A stretch of 44,636 bases of DNA from Patescibacteria group bacterium (lineage in GTDB: Bacteria > Patescibacteriota > Microgenomatia > UBA1400 > PJMF01). Numbering within the stretch: position 1 is the stretch's first letter; each line of letters begins with the position of its first letter. Below, piece by piece: positions 29,296 through 38,393 of the stretch. The notes beneath the pieces are model-generated. The model was not told the origin of the DNA, searched no databases, and saw only the letters and a program-made list of their open reading frames with translations. The DNA is taken from positions 1-44,636 of the forward strand of contig JAHIVK010000054.1 of assembly GCA_018816385.1 (NCBI GenBank), read 5' to 3'. The position numbers and the translations under genes are program-made.

Positions 29296-29314
29296 TGTCT
29301 GATAGACTATCTCT

Positions 29315-30157
29315 ATGCCCGAACTGCCTGAAGTTGAGACGATTGTGAAAAGACTCAAATCCGAGCTGGTGGGTGAGGTGATTACCCGAGTTGAAGTGAA
29401 GCGAGCTAAAAGTTTTCAGGGAAATACCAAACAGCTCAAGGGCCGGCGGATAGTCGATGTCTCTCGGAGGGCAAAGCTAATTCTCATCAAGTTAAACCAG
29501 GACAACCTTTTAATTCATCTCAAGATGACCGGCCAATTGATCTTGATCAATGACCATAAACGACTAGGAGGTGGTCATCCCTCGGCCGACTGGATTGGGG
29601 GTCTGCCCAGTTCTCATACACGAGTGATTATTTACTTAATGTCCGGCCAAGTGCTCTACTTTAACGATCAGCGGGTGTTTGGTTGGATTAGACAGATGAG
29701 CGATCAAGCAGTCGATCAAGAGTTAGCCCAATATGGTCCCGATATTATCAATGTTCGTGTTACTGCGGGGTATCTTTATCAAAGACTGCAAGCAAGGTCA
29801 TCAGCCATTAAACTGGTTTTACTTGATAGTCGGGTGGTGGCCGGTTTAGGCAATATCTATGTGTGTGATGGTCTGTTTCTGGCGGGCATCAATCCTCAAA
29901 AAAAAGCCAAGACTGTATCTCTGTCTCAAGTCACTAAGTTATTAACCGCTCTCAAGACAGTCATCAACAGAGCCATCAAGCTGGGCGGAGCCAGCATCAA
30001 CACTTACCGTCAAGTTGACGGCTTGTCCGGGGGTTATCAAGACGAACTGTTAGTTTACGGCAGGGAGGACATGCCCTGTCCCCAGTGTGGCGCCAAAATT
30101 GAAAGGTTCAAGCAGGGAGGTCGAAGCACGTTTTGGTGCCGGCAGTGCCAAAGATAA
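29315..30157 (+). CDS. mutM: Formamidopyrimidine-DNA glycosylase
   Basis: MPELPEVET, HLKMTG, GLGNIY, C-terminal CPQC...CRQCQ zinc finger. Confidence 0.97.
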   Translation: MPELPEVETIVKRLKSELVGEVITRVEVKRAKSFQGNTKQLKGRRIVDVSRRAKLILIKLNQDNLLIHLKMTGQLILINDHKRLGGGHPSADWIGGLPSSHTRVIIYLMSGQVLYFNDQRVFGWIRQMSDQAVDQELAQYGPDIINVRVTAGYLYQRLQARSSAIKLVLLDSRVVAGLGNIYVCDGLFLAGINPQKKAKTVSLSQVTKLLTALKTVINRAIKLGGASINTYRQVDGLSGGYQDELLVYGREDMPCPQCGAKIERFKQGGRSTFWCRQCQR

Positions 30158-30229
30158 CTGGGTCGCCCTTCACAGAAAAATCAGCAGAACAAATTTACAG
30201 AAACATCGGCAAAATTTGATTGGAGATGA

Positions 30230-31165
30230 TTACTGGCAGTATTGCTTGATCTTCTCCACCGACCTAGCCAGCGCCTGCTTTTCTTCCCAATTGAGCTTGG
30301 GTTTCAAGATCTCCCCTACTCCACTCCGGTCCACCACACAGGGCACGCTCAAGCTGACGCCGGAATGATCCAAGTATTGATGTAGAGGAATGCTGACGGG
30401 CAGGACTTCTTTGGCGTTGGTTAGCACAGTTTTCACCAGATGATGAATGACGGCCGCGATGCCGTAGTAAGTGGAGCCTTTGGATTCAATAATTTTGTAG
30501 GCGGCGTTTTTGGCTTTTTGAAAGGCTGTTTGGGCCTTTTCATCGCTAAACTCGGGAAACTCGTTCAAAGTCTGGCCGCCGACAGTAGCGCTGGACAGTA
30601 CCGGAAAAGAACTGTCGCCATGCTCGCCCAGAATGTAGGCGTGAATACTGTTGGGGCTGACTTGCAGAAATTGGCTTAAGTGAAAGCGAAAACGAGCCGT
30701 GTCCAGAGTCGTGCCGGAACCAAAAATTCTCCCCTTGGGCCAGCCAGCCAACTGATAGGCTCGATAAGTTAAAACATCCACTGGGTTTGAAACAATGATC
30801 ACAACTGCTCCGGGCGCGTGACGGACCACCATCGGTATAATCTGCTCGATCACCGCCAGGTTGTTTTGAGCCAGATCCAGCCTAGTGTCGCCGGGTTTCT
30901 GGGCACTGCCGGCGGTGATAACCACCACGTCACTATGGCGAATATCCAGATAGGAATCGGTGGCCAAAATCTTGGTGGGGTTTAAAAAACTCAAGCCGTG
31001 TTCTAGGTCCAGTTGCTCACCCACGATTTGTTGTTTGTGGCGCCCCAGCAAAACCAGTTCGTTAACTAGATTATCGTGTAGTAGGGAAAAAGCGACGCTC
31101 ATGCCCACTCGACCACAACCAATGATAGTGACCTTGTTATTGTCAAAGCGAGCAGGGCTGGACAT
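30230..31165 (-). CDS. ldh: L-lactate dehydrogenase
   Basis: IIGCGRVG, TAGSAQKPGDTRLDL (Gln = lactate specificity), SGTTLDTARF, GEHGDS. Confidence 0.93.
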   Translation of the reverse strand: MSSPARFDNNKVTIIGCGRVGMSVAFSLLHDNLVNELVLLGRHKQQIVGEQLDLEHGLSFLNPTKILATDSYLDIRHSDVVVITAGSAQKPGDTRLDLAQNNLAVIEQIIPMVVRHAPGAVVIIVSNPVDVLTYRAYQLAGWPKGRIFGSGTTLDTARFRFHLSQFLQVSPNSIHAYILGEHGDSSFPVLSSATVGGQTLNEFPEFSDEKAQTAFQKAKNAAYKIIESKGSTYYGIAAVIHHLVKTVLTNAKEVLPVSIPLHQYLDHSGVSLSVPCVVDRSGVGEILKPKLNWEEKQALARSVEKIKQYCQ

Positions 31166-31188
31166 GGTATCAGTTTATCACTTTAAAC

Positions 31189-32151
31189 CTACTTGAGCAA
31201 TAATACTCTAATAACGGCTGCGATTTTATCGACAGTTAAGCCGTGTTTTTGATAGAGTTCTGCTGGAGTGCCGGACTCACCGAACTGGTCTTTGACCCCT
31301 AAAATTTGGAAGGGAATTTTAAGCTGATGTTGGCTGATGACCTCGGCCACCGCGCTACCCAAGCCTCCGATGACTTGGTGATCTTCCAGAGTGATCACAA
31401 CTTTGGCCACTTGGCAAATTTGGAGGATTGATGGCTGGTCCAGTGGCTTGAGCGTATGGCAGTTGACCACGCCAACTTTGAGACCTTGTTTGGACAGGGA
31501 TTGGGCAGTATCAATGGCTGTCTGAAGTAAATATCCATGAGCCAAGATAATAGCATCATTGCCGTAGATGACAGTTCTAGTTTTGCCAAGTTCAAAGGGT
31601 TGTTGAAATTTAATGATTGGAGTTTTGGGTTTGGTGACTCTCAAATAGGTTGGACCTGGGACGCTGGCTAAACTCAAGGTGGCTTGGTAGGCTTCGGCTC
31701 CATCGGCGGGCGAAACAACTGTCATGTGAGGTAAACTTCTCATTAAAGCAATATCTTCCAGCGCTTGATGAGTGGCGCCGTCTGGTCCGGTGGCTAAGCC
31801 AGCGTGTCCGCCAATAATTTTGACTGGTAAATTGGGCAGGCAAATGCTAGTCCGAATCACGCCCCAGTTTAAGCTAGGGCTAAATACTGCAAAACTGGCT
31901 ATAAAAGGTATTTTGCCGGCCATGGCCAGACCGGCGGCTAGACCGGCCAGGTGCTGTTCGGCCACACCTACCTCAAAAAAGCGATCTGGGAATGCTTGTT
32001 TGAACCAATCTACTCTGGTGGAACTGGCCAAATCAGCCGAAACTACCACCACATTGGGATTAGTTCTGCCCAGCTCCAATAGGGCTTGCCCCACTCCGTC
32101 TCTGGTTGACTGCAAATCTACCGGTGGTTTGGGTGGTAATTGATTATTCAT
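31189..32151 (-). CDS. Transketolase, C-terminal subunit
   Basis: SADLASST, VGVAEQ, GPDGATHQALED, LEDHQVIGGLG. Confidence 0.93.
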   Translation of the reverse strand: MNNQLPPKPPVDLQSTRDGVGQALLELGRTNPNVVVVSADLASSTRVDWFKQAFPDRFFEVGVAEQHLAGLAAGLAMAGKIPFIASFAVFSPSLNWGVIRTSICLPNLPVKIIGGHAGLATGPDGATHQALEDIALMRSLPHMTVVSPADGAEAYQATLSLASVPGPTYLRVTKPKTPIIKFQQPFELGKTRTVIYGNDAIILAHGYLLQTAIDTAQSLSKQGLKVGVVNCHTLKPLDQPSILQICQVAKVVITLEDHQVIGGLGSAVAEVISQHQLKIPFQILGVKDQFGESGTPAELYQKHGLTVDKIAAVIRVLLLK

Positions 32152-32195
32152 TTGTCATTGTGACTTTCCTTCCACGGGTTGGTTTTTTTATGACC

Positions 32196-32507
32196 ATCAT
32201 TTCTCTTCGCGCCTTGTCATTTTCCTCTCGCGTACTGTCATTCTCCTCGCGTAGCGGGGGGAATCCAGTGGTTGGTCTCATACTCCTGGATCCCCGCTGG
32301 CGTGAGGATGACAGACCCTCTGGATCCCCGCTGGCGCGAGGATGACAGACCCTCTGGATCCCCGCTGGCGCGAGGATGACAGACCCTCTGGATCCCCGCT
32401 GGCGCGAGGATGACAGACCATCTGGATCCCCGCTAGACCCCGCCCAAGCGGGGGGCGCGAGGATGACAGACCCTCTGGACCCCGCCCAGGCTGGGCGTGA
32501 GGATGAC
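32196..32507 (-). repeat. Family B element with tandem array of 34-bp units
   Basis: Four CTGGATCCCCGCTGGCG(C/T)GAGGATGACAGACC(C/A)T units from 32286, two variant units, the opposite arm at 32236 and degenerate arm copies from 32196. Confidence 0.92.
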
Positions 32508-33423
32508 CAGTGCCCGCGGGTTTATTTTGATGAACAGTCTGATTAAGTTCATCCAAAGCTTGTTTAGCCTCGGCTTGATTTGGGGCTCGCCCGTGCCAAT
32601 CGGGATTATTTTCCATAAACGACACGTCCTTGCCAGCCGTCGTGTGGCAGATAATGGCAGTTGGTAGGTGGCACGTGCGAGCCCCATTCAGAGCCCAACT
32701 AATTTGATCAAAATTATGGCCATCAATTTCTACCACTTGCCAATTGCAACTGGTAATTTTTTCGGCCAGTGGTTCCAAGGGGGCAATTTCCTGGGTGGTA
32801 CCATCAATTTGGATGTCATTGCGATCAATCAGAACAGTCAGGTGAGTTAAATGATGAGCGCCAGCGTAACGATAGGCTTCCCAGATTTGGCCTTCCTGAT
32901 GTTCCGCATCACTGGTTTGGACAAAAATGTGGTTGCTTTTGTGGTCTAGTTTGAAAGCTGTGGTCAGACCGCAACCCAAAGACAAACCCTGGCCCAGCAG
33001 ACCCGATGTATTCTCTACCCCCGGCAGTGAACCTTGGTGAGGGTGGCCTTGGAGACGTGAGCCAAACTGTCTTAAAGACCCAAGTTCCTCAAGGGGAAAG
33101 TAACCGGCTTGGGCTAACGTCGCATACCAAACCGGACAGACATGACCATTGGAGAGCAGAAAATAATCGCGCTCTGGCCAGTCCGGTTGATGAGGTCTCT
33201 GCTTGAGGACAGCAAAATAAAGACCAGTCATCACATCAGCCAATCCCAGCGACCCGCCAGGGTGGCCACTGCCGGCCCCAGCGATCATCTCGATCACGTG
33301 GCGCCTAATCTTTTGGGCGATAAAAGCTAACTCCGAGGGAGTTTTTGTTAAACTTGTCGCGAAATGAGGGAAATGATTAACCGGTTTCTTATTTCTGGGC
33401 ACATCTCTTGTCTGATCGGGCAT
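32278..33423 (-). CDS. Transketolase, N-terminal (TPP-binding) subunit with repeat-derived termini
   Basis: SGHPGGSL, LSNGH, LQGHP, GLLGQGL, SDAEHQEG...N, WHG; last ~75 aa read through the family B array. Confidence 0.9.
   Translation of the reverse strand: MPDQTRDVPRNKKPVNHFPHFATSLTKTPSELAFIAQKIRRHVIEMIAGAGSGHPGGSLGLADVMTGLYFAVLKQRPHQPDWPERDYFLLSNGHVCPVWYATLAQAGYFPLEELGSLRQFGSRLQGHPHQGSLPGVENTSGLLGQGLSLGCGLTTAFKLDHKSNHIFVQTSDAEHQEGQIWEAYRYAGAHHLTHLTVLIDRNDIQIDGTTQEIAPLEPLAEKITSCNWQVVEIDGHNFDQISWALNGARTCHLPTAIICHTTAGKDVSFMENNPDWHGRAPNQAEAKQALDELNQTVHQNKPAGTGHPHAQPGRGPEGLSSSRPPLGRGLAGIQMVCHPRASGDPEGLSSSRQRGSRGSVILAPAGIQRVCHPHASGDPGV
33349..33407 (-). repeat. Internally deleted family A element inside the transketolase CDS
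   Basis: TAAACTTGTCGCGAAATGAGGGAAATG matches the element end at 24/27 nt, followed by ATTAACCGGTTTCTTATTTC matching the other end. Confidence 0.8.
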
Positions 33424-33452
33424 TAAAGCTACTATATCAGTTACGCGTTTAA

Positions 33453-33618
33453 TAGACTTGTAGTGAAATAAGAAACGAGTTAATTATGGATAGATTTTAT
33501 AGTATTTTCGTTGTTTCTGATGCCGATAGTAGCCAGAGCTACTTGAGAAAGAAGAAACAAATGAAAATACATAAAAGATGTCATAAGTAGTCGTTGTGCT
33601 TATTTTGCTACAAGTTTA
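33453..33618 (+). mobile_element. Family A MITE-like element, full length
   Basis: TAGACTTGTAGTGAAATAAG ... CTTATTTTGCTACAAGTTTA. Confidence 0.88.
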
Positions 33619-33688
33619 ATAAACACCTAGTTTATGATACTTTTGATACAGACATCAGAACTCAGTCAGTTTATGATGAAAGGTATCT

Positions 33689-34612
33689 ATGGAATATGTT
33701 TTAGCTGCTGATGGTGGTGCTACAAAAACTAGTGTGCTAGTGGCAGATTTATCTGGCCAAGAAGTGGGACAAGGCTCGGCCGGACCAACTAGTTTGGCAA
33801 CTGCCTCTGTGGGAGCGGCTAGCTTCAATTTAAGAGAAGCCATCCGTCAGGCGACTCAGCAATTACCAGAAGGCTACGTCATCAAAAAGGCTGTCATGGG
33901 TTTGGCCGGTTTAGATACAGAGCAAGAAATGGTTAAGTCTCTAGAGGTGTTTGATCCCATCCTCAAATTCTTTAAGATTGAAGATTTCAAATTAGTTAAT
34001 GATAGTCTAATTGCTTTGGCAGGAGGAACGGATAATCCGAATGCGGTTGTCTTAATTTCTGGGACTGGTTCAATCTGTTATGGCCGAAATGACCAAGGCG
34101 CATCTGCTCGAGTCAGCGGTATGGATTATTTACTGGCAGATCAGGGCTCGGCTTATTACATTGGCTATCGAGTTATAAGACATGCGGTTAAAAGTCATGA
34201 TGGCCGAGAAAACAAGAGCCAGTTGGAGGATTTAGTGGCTGGTCATTTCAGAATTCCTAACATCAGTCAACTAAAAGACCATGTTTATAACCCTCCTTTG
34301 ACCAAAAATGAGATTGCCAGTTTAGCCAAGCTTTGTTACCAGGCTCATGAAACGGGAGATGAAACTGCCAAACTTATTTTGGATCAAGCCGTAGAACAGT
34401 TGGCTATGATGGTGACAACGGTGGCCAAAAGACTCAATCTTGAAGACAAGCGAATTGATGGGGTGATAGCGGGTTCGGTCATGGCGTGTGAGTATGTCAA
34501 AACCAATTTAGTTTTGAAGCTCAAGACCGATCTCCCCCGCTTAACCCCAGTTTTTCCAGCCAAACCCAACGTCTATGGTGCACTCAAGATGGCGCTTAAA
34601 ACACAAACTTAA
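33689..34612 (+). CDS. BadF/BadG/BcrA/BcrD-type ATPase, N-acetylglucosamine/MurNAc kinase-like
   Basis: ADGGATKT, GLAG, LVNDS..AL, ISGTGS, LADQGSAY. Confidence 0.85.
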   Translation: MEYVLAADGGATKTSVLVADLSGQEVGQGSAGPTSLATASVGAASFNLREAIRQATQQLPEGYVIKKAVMGLAGLDTEQEMVKSLEVFDPILKFFKIEDFKLVNDSLIALAGGTDNPNAVVLISGTGSICYGRNDQGASARVSGMDYLLADQGSAYYIGYRVIRHAVKSHDGRENKSQLEDLVAGHFRIPNISQLKDHVYNPPLTKNEIASLAKLCYQAHETGDETAKLILDQAVEQLAMMVTTVAKRLNLEDKRIDGVIAGSVMACEYVKTNLVLKLKTDLPRLTPVFPAKPNVYGALKMALKTQT

Positions 34613-34880
34613 TAAATTACAATTAGTTTTGACGTTCGCTCCACACAAACTGCAAACGAAAAACAGATCATCCGCTTTGTAAAGGCTGATTTTTTCTGAT
34701 GGTTTAGTTCAATGCGCAATGTGTTGTTGTATGTTTTTGGATATCCGCATATTTTATCTCATCTCAACTGGTGAAGTGTGCGATTCCACTCACGAACTTG
34801 TGCGTTAACATTTTTTATACATTTGTGATATACTTCAATAGTACTATGTATCATTACGAACTAGCATAGGAATCGCTGAT

Positions 34881-35219
34881 ATGAAATCAAAAGACGCATC
34901 GCCCGCATCAGAATCGTTGGATAGTAACACTGTTGATATCTCACAAATTGGACCACACAGTAAAGACGTGTTGTATTTAGTAAGCAAAATAGAAGAAACC
35001 TTATATTATGTCTCTGACGCAGCAAAAGTGTCACCTGAGAACACAGTGGCTTGTCTTCATTCTATTGCCAGATCACTAAGTTGGTTGCATGGTGGATATT
35101 ATTCACTCATATTAGCAGGAACGGATGATTTGCAACGACAAGTGTACTTTGCTCTAATACAAGATATTTCAAGGCTCTTTACTATCATCCATACCTATAT
35201 CTTAGAGTATCAGGCATAA
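34881..35219 (+). CDS. Hypothetical protein
   Basis: 112-aa ORF in otherwise empty space, TGATATACT and AGGA upstream. Confidence 0.45.
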   Translation: MKSKDASPASESLDSNTVDISQIGPHSKDVLYLVSKIEETLYYVSDAAKVSPENTVACLHSIARSLSWLHGGYYSLILAGTDDLQRQVYFALIQDISRLFTIIHTYILEYQA

Positions 35220-35283
35220 CTTTGTGCGCCACTCGAAATTAGATAGCCCCCCGGTAGATCACGAGTCACAAGCTTGATCAATT

Positions 35284-35580
35284 TTATTTTACCTTGAGTT
35301 TTTGGAACCAGCCCCGGCGATACAGTACCCCGATCACGGCGTAAACCGCCACGTCGATCCAAGTCTCGTCGATAGTTTCATTTTGAGGTTCTTGTTTGGT
35401 GACCAGCAAGTGTTTGGTTCGCTCGATTTTTTCGCTAATCCGCATGGCAATGCCCAGCTCGCCATTAGCCAGAATGTTGCCCTTGCCGTAATCTTTGTGC
35501 TTCTTGAGAAACATCGCTAGTAACTCGGCGTTAACTAGATTAAAAGCTTCATCCAGAGTTTGAGGTGTAATTTGGACCAT
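35284..35580 (-). CDS. DUF1599-like all-alpha NTP pyrophosphatase-type protein
   Basis: KKHKDYG...GIAMRISEKIER...ETIDETWID.A.YA pattern. Confidence 0.7.
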   Translation of the reverse strand: MVQITPQTLDEAFNLVNAELLAMFLKKHKDYGKGNILANGELGIAMRISEKIERTKHLLVTKQEPQNETIDETWIDVAVYAVIGVLYRRGWFQKLKVK

Positions 35581-35692
35581 GATGGATTCTTTATTTTATA
35601 GTTAGTTTAAAGCCATTTGTAGCTTTTACTTAAACCTAAATCTGATATTTGGTTTTGAGGTTGTTATATATATTTGCTCCCTTCAATCATAA

Positions 35693-35716
35693 TAGACTTC
35701 TTTCGAAAAAAGTCTA
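35693..35716. repeat. 24-bp collapsed family A palindrome
   Basis: TAGACTTCTTTCGAAAAAAGTCTA. Confidence 0.7.
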
Positions 35717-35737
35717 ATTGACTTGGATTCAATCAGA

Positions 35738-36340
35738 CTACTTAAAATAAGCCCGAATCACATCAGCCGAAAAATGTAGCTGATTAAACCTGCCAATAAT
35801 TTCTTGTCGAGTGTAACCTTGTTTTTGCCACTGATTTCCCAAGGCTATAATGCCCTCAACAGCATCATAGGGAAAGATAATCCAAGCACTGGTGGTGGAA
35901 CTGTAAAAATTGGGTTTAAAACTAGAATGAGGTTTATAGAAAAGCGAAGCTGTAGTTAAAGATTCGACTTCTTTTTTTTTGAGTAGTTGGCTGACAAACT
36001 CAAAAGATGCGCCAGTGTCAGCTACATCATCAAACAGTAAAACATCTTCTCCCTTGATAGATATGGGAATATCTTGATAAACCTGAGGTCGTTTTAATTG
36101 TTGATTAATGCCAGCATAGAACTTGACACCAATGCTGGCTACCTCTTTGACCTGAAGATAGTCAACCAAAGATCTGGTCATGGGCCAACCACCTTTAGCC
36201 AATGTCACAATTCGATCAAACTTCAATCCATCGCTTCTGATAGCTTGAGCTACCTCAAATGCCAGCCGGTCAAGGTCTGGCCAACTAGGAGTAATGTATT
36301 GAGTTTGGCACTTGGGAAAAGCAATTGGTTTGAACTCCAT
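35738..36340 (-). CDS. Purine phosphoribosyltransferase (Gpt-like)
   Basis: IVTLAKGG, VLLFDDVADTGAS PRPP loop, WIIFPY; start set to ATG 36340. Confidence 0.85.
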   Translation of the reverse strand: MEFKPIAFPKCQTQYITPSWPDLDRLAFEVAQAIRSDGLKFDRIVTLAKGGWPMTRSLVDYLQVKEVASIGVKFYAGINQQLKRPQVYQDIPISIKGEDVLLFDDVADTGASFEFVSQLLKKKEVESLTTASLFYKPHSSFKPNFYSSTTSAWIIFPYDAVEGIIALGNQWQKQGYTRQEIIGRFNQLHFSADVIRAYFK

Positions 36341-36496
36341 ATGCCAGATTATCACTAATTGGCAAATATTTGCAACTAGTGTGTTATAATACTTGGGTAA
36401 AGTTGAAAGAACAGACGGAGAGAGCAGTTAATTTGCCTTCAAAGAATCGTTCCCAGACTTAGTAATAATAGAGCCCGAGTTAATTTTAGGGCAGAA

Positions 36497-36877
36497 ATGA
36501 GTGAGTGTATGTTTGATCAGACACCACAAGAGAATCCAAAAAAGCTGTTCGTAGGCAGCGTTCCTTATAGCGCAACGGAAGATCAGTTGCGTGATCTATT
36601 TGCTCCCCATGGGGAGTTAGTAGAGGTCAAATTGATTACCGATCGGATGACTGGTCGTTCCAAGGGCATTGCCTTTGTGACCTTCGCCGAAGAGAGTCAA
36701 GCTAAAGCCGCTATCGAAGCCGTCAATGGTTTCGAGATGGATGGCAGAGCTTTGATTGTCAACGTGGCCAGACCTCCACAACCCCGAACTGATCGAGGTG
36801 GTTATAACCGAGGCGGTTATAGCAACGATCGTCGTGATAGTGGTGGTGGCGGTTACGACCGCAGACCTCAGAGGTAA
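36497..36877 (+). CDS. RRM RNA-binding protein with RGG tail
   Basis: KLFVGSV (RNP2), SKGIAFVTF (RNP1), RGGY repeats. Confidence 0.93.
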   Translation: MSECMFDQTPQENPKKLFVGSVPYSATEDQLRDLFAPHGELVEVKLITDRMTGRSKGIAFVTFAEESQAKAAIEAVNGFEMDGRALIVNVARPPQPRTDRGGYNRGGYSNDRRDSGGGGYDRRPQR

Positions 36878-36896
36878 TTTTTTACTTTTGAAATTG

Positions 36897-36922
36897 AAAG
36901 AGCCCTCGCAAGAGGGCTCTTT
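36897..36922. terminator. Bidirectional intrinsic terminator
   Basis: AAAGAGCCCTC-GCAA-GAGGGCTCTTT between convergent genes. Confidence 0.85.
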
Positions 36923-36948
36923 TGGTTTGTGTTAATTTAATCGATTTA

Positions 36949-37425
36949 CTAATTTAATTGCCAGAGCGAAAAATTAAGTAGCGTGGCAAAACTGACCCAA
37001 AGTAAGTATGGCCAGAGTAAACGACTGGCCCAGATGTTTAACTTAGAAAAAAGTCTGATCAGTAGCACAATCATCAACCAAAGAACAATAATAATTGCCA
37101 AAGCCAACCCTAAATTCTTCAGTCCAAAGAATGCGATAGACCAAGCGGAATTAACTACTAAGTGAAGTAAAAATATACTGGTAGCTGTTTTAACTTGAGG
37201 TATTTGATTGCCTTTTGACCAGACTAGATATAAGGCTATACCCATCAGCGTATAGAGAGTTATCCAAACCGGACCAAAGATCCAGTTAGGCGGATTAAAA
37301 TCGGGTTTAACCAAGGTCACATACCAAGTAGAAATGGCAGAGGCAGTGGCTAACGAGCCTATGATCCCAGCTAACTGAGATAAGAGAATAGAAGCAACAA
37401 GTAACAAAGGCTTTTTTATTTTCAC
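36949..37425 (-). CDS. tspO: TspO/MBR tryptophan-rich sensory protein
   Basis: WY..L.KP.FNPPNWIFGPVW..LY..MG, WS..FFG, PYLLWVSFA..LN. Confidence 0.93.
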   Translation of the reverse strand: MKIKKPLLLVASILLSQLAGIIGSLATASAISTWYVTLVKPDFNPPNWIFGPVWITLYTLMGIALYLVWSKGNQIPQVKTATSIFLLHLVVNSAWSIAFFGLKNLGLALAIIIVLWLMIVLLIRLFSKLNIWASRLLWPYLLWVSFATLLNFSLWQLN

Positions 37426-37499
37426 TTTATCCAGTATAGCAAACTACAACTCAGTCAGGGCTGTAATTTAGTTCACATTTGAGGCATAATACCCAAGTT

Positions 37500-38054
37500 A
37501 TGTGGCAGATTTATCTCCAGATTGTGATTCAAATAGTTTTTATACTGCTTTTTATTCGGCAGATTCTAATTGCAGTCATCGCTTGGTGGACTGGGACTCA
37601 GTCTGATGCTCCATTTGAATCTACCAAAGTCAGTATCACCAAAAAATTGGTCCAGGGTTTGAAACTTCAACCAGATCAAAAGATTTATGATCTAGGTAGT
37701 GGTTCGGGTAAGCTAATTTTCACTTTAGCTAAATTGATTAAAAATCCCATGGTGGGAGTCGAAAAGAACTGGCCTTTATTTATGATTTCTCAAGTTAGAA
37801 AATTCATTTCACCTTACAAAAATCGGATCAATTTTCTTCATCAGGACTTGTTCGAGATGGACCTGTCCCTGGCTGATGTGGTTTATATTTACCTCAGTCC
37901 CAAAACCAATCGCAGAATTAAAGCCAAGTTTGAAAAAGAACTCAAGCCAGGAGCAATTGTGATAGCTCTTAGGTGGCAGTTTGAGTTTGATCAATTAAAG
38001 TTAATCAAAACCATTGACGCCATGCACAAGATATATATCTATCGGAAAATTTAA
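37500..38054 (+). CDS. Membrane-anchored class I SAM-dependent methyltransferase
   Basis: N-terminal TM, APF, YDLGSGSG, ADVVYIYL, ELKPGA. Confidence 0.85.
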   Translation: MWQIYLQIVIQIVFILLFIRQILIAVIAWWTGTQSDAPFESTKVSITKKLVQGLKLQPDQKIYDLGSGSGKLIFTLAKLIKNPMVGVEKNWPLFMISQVRKFISPYKNRINFLHQDLFEMDLSLADVVYIYLSPKTNRRIKAKFEKELKPGAIVIALRWQFEFDQLKLIKTIDAMHKIYIYRKI

Positions 38055-38219
38055 TAGACTTGTCGCGAAATAAGAAATAAGTTAATTATGGATAGATTTT
38101 ATAGCATTTTCGTTGATTCTGATGACGATAGTAGCCTCAGCTGGTTGAGGAAGAACCAGCAAAGAAAATGCATAAAAGATGCCATAAGTAGCCATTGCCC
38201 TTATTTCGCGACAAGTCTA
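38055..38219 (+). mobile_element. Family A MITE-like element, full length
   Basis: Perfect 20-bp inverted ends TAGACTTGTCGCGAAATAAG / CTTATTTCGCGACAAGTCTA. Confidence 0.92.
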
Positions 38220-38393
38220 ATAATCATTTAATTCAAATTTTGATTAGTAATTGTGACTACTTAAAATCAACCACTACCTGTTTGCCGTTTTTTTCTGCAA
38301 TCTGATACAAAGTTTCCAGGGTGATATTCTGCCTATCTAGGGGTATAATGTGTGCCTCCACTGAATAATTTGTATATATTTTCAGTCTTGATC

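Noticed and set aside
32286-32507. CRISPR array
   Set aside because: The 34-bp units are head-to-tail with no unique spacers, there are no cas genes, and the unit is a family B arm.
37500-38054. Methyltransferase as a modifier of ATP synthase subunit c (by analogy with FAM173-type enzymes)
   Set aside because: Only general family resemblance, not linked to the atp operon, and no evidence for the substrate.
38088-38231. Small ORF encoded by family A (MDRFYSIF...)
   Set aside because: Open in two copies but frameshifted in the 33453 and 41967 copies; conservation fits structure, not protein.
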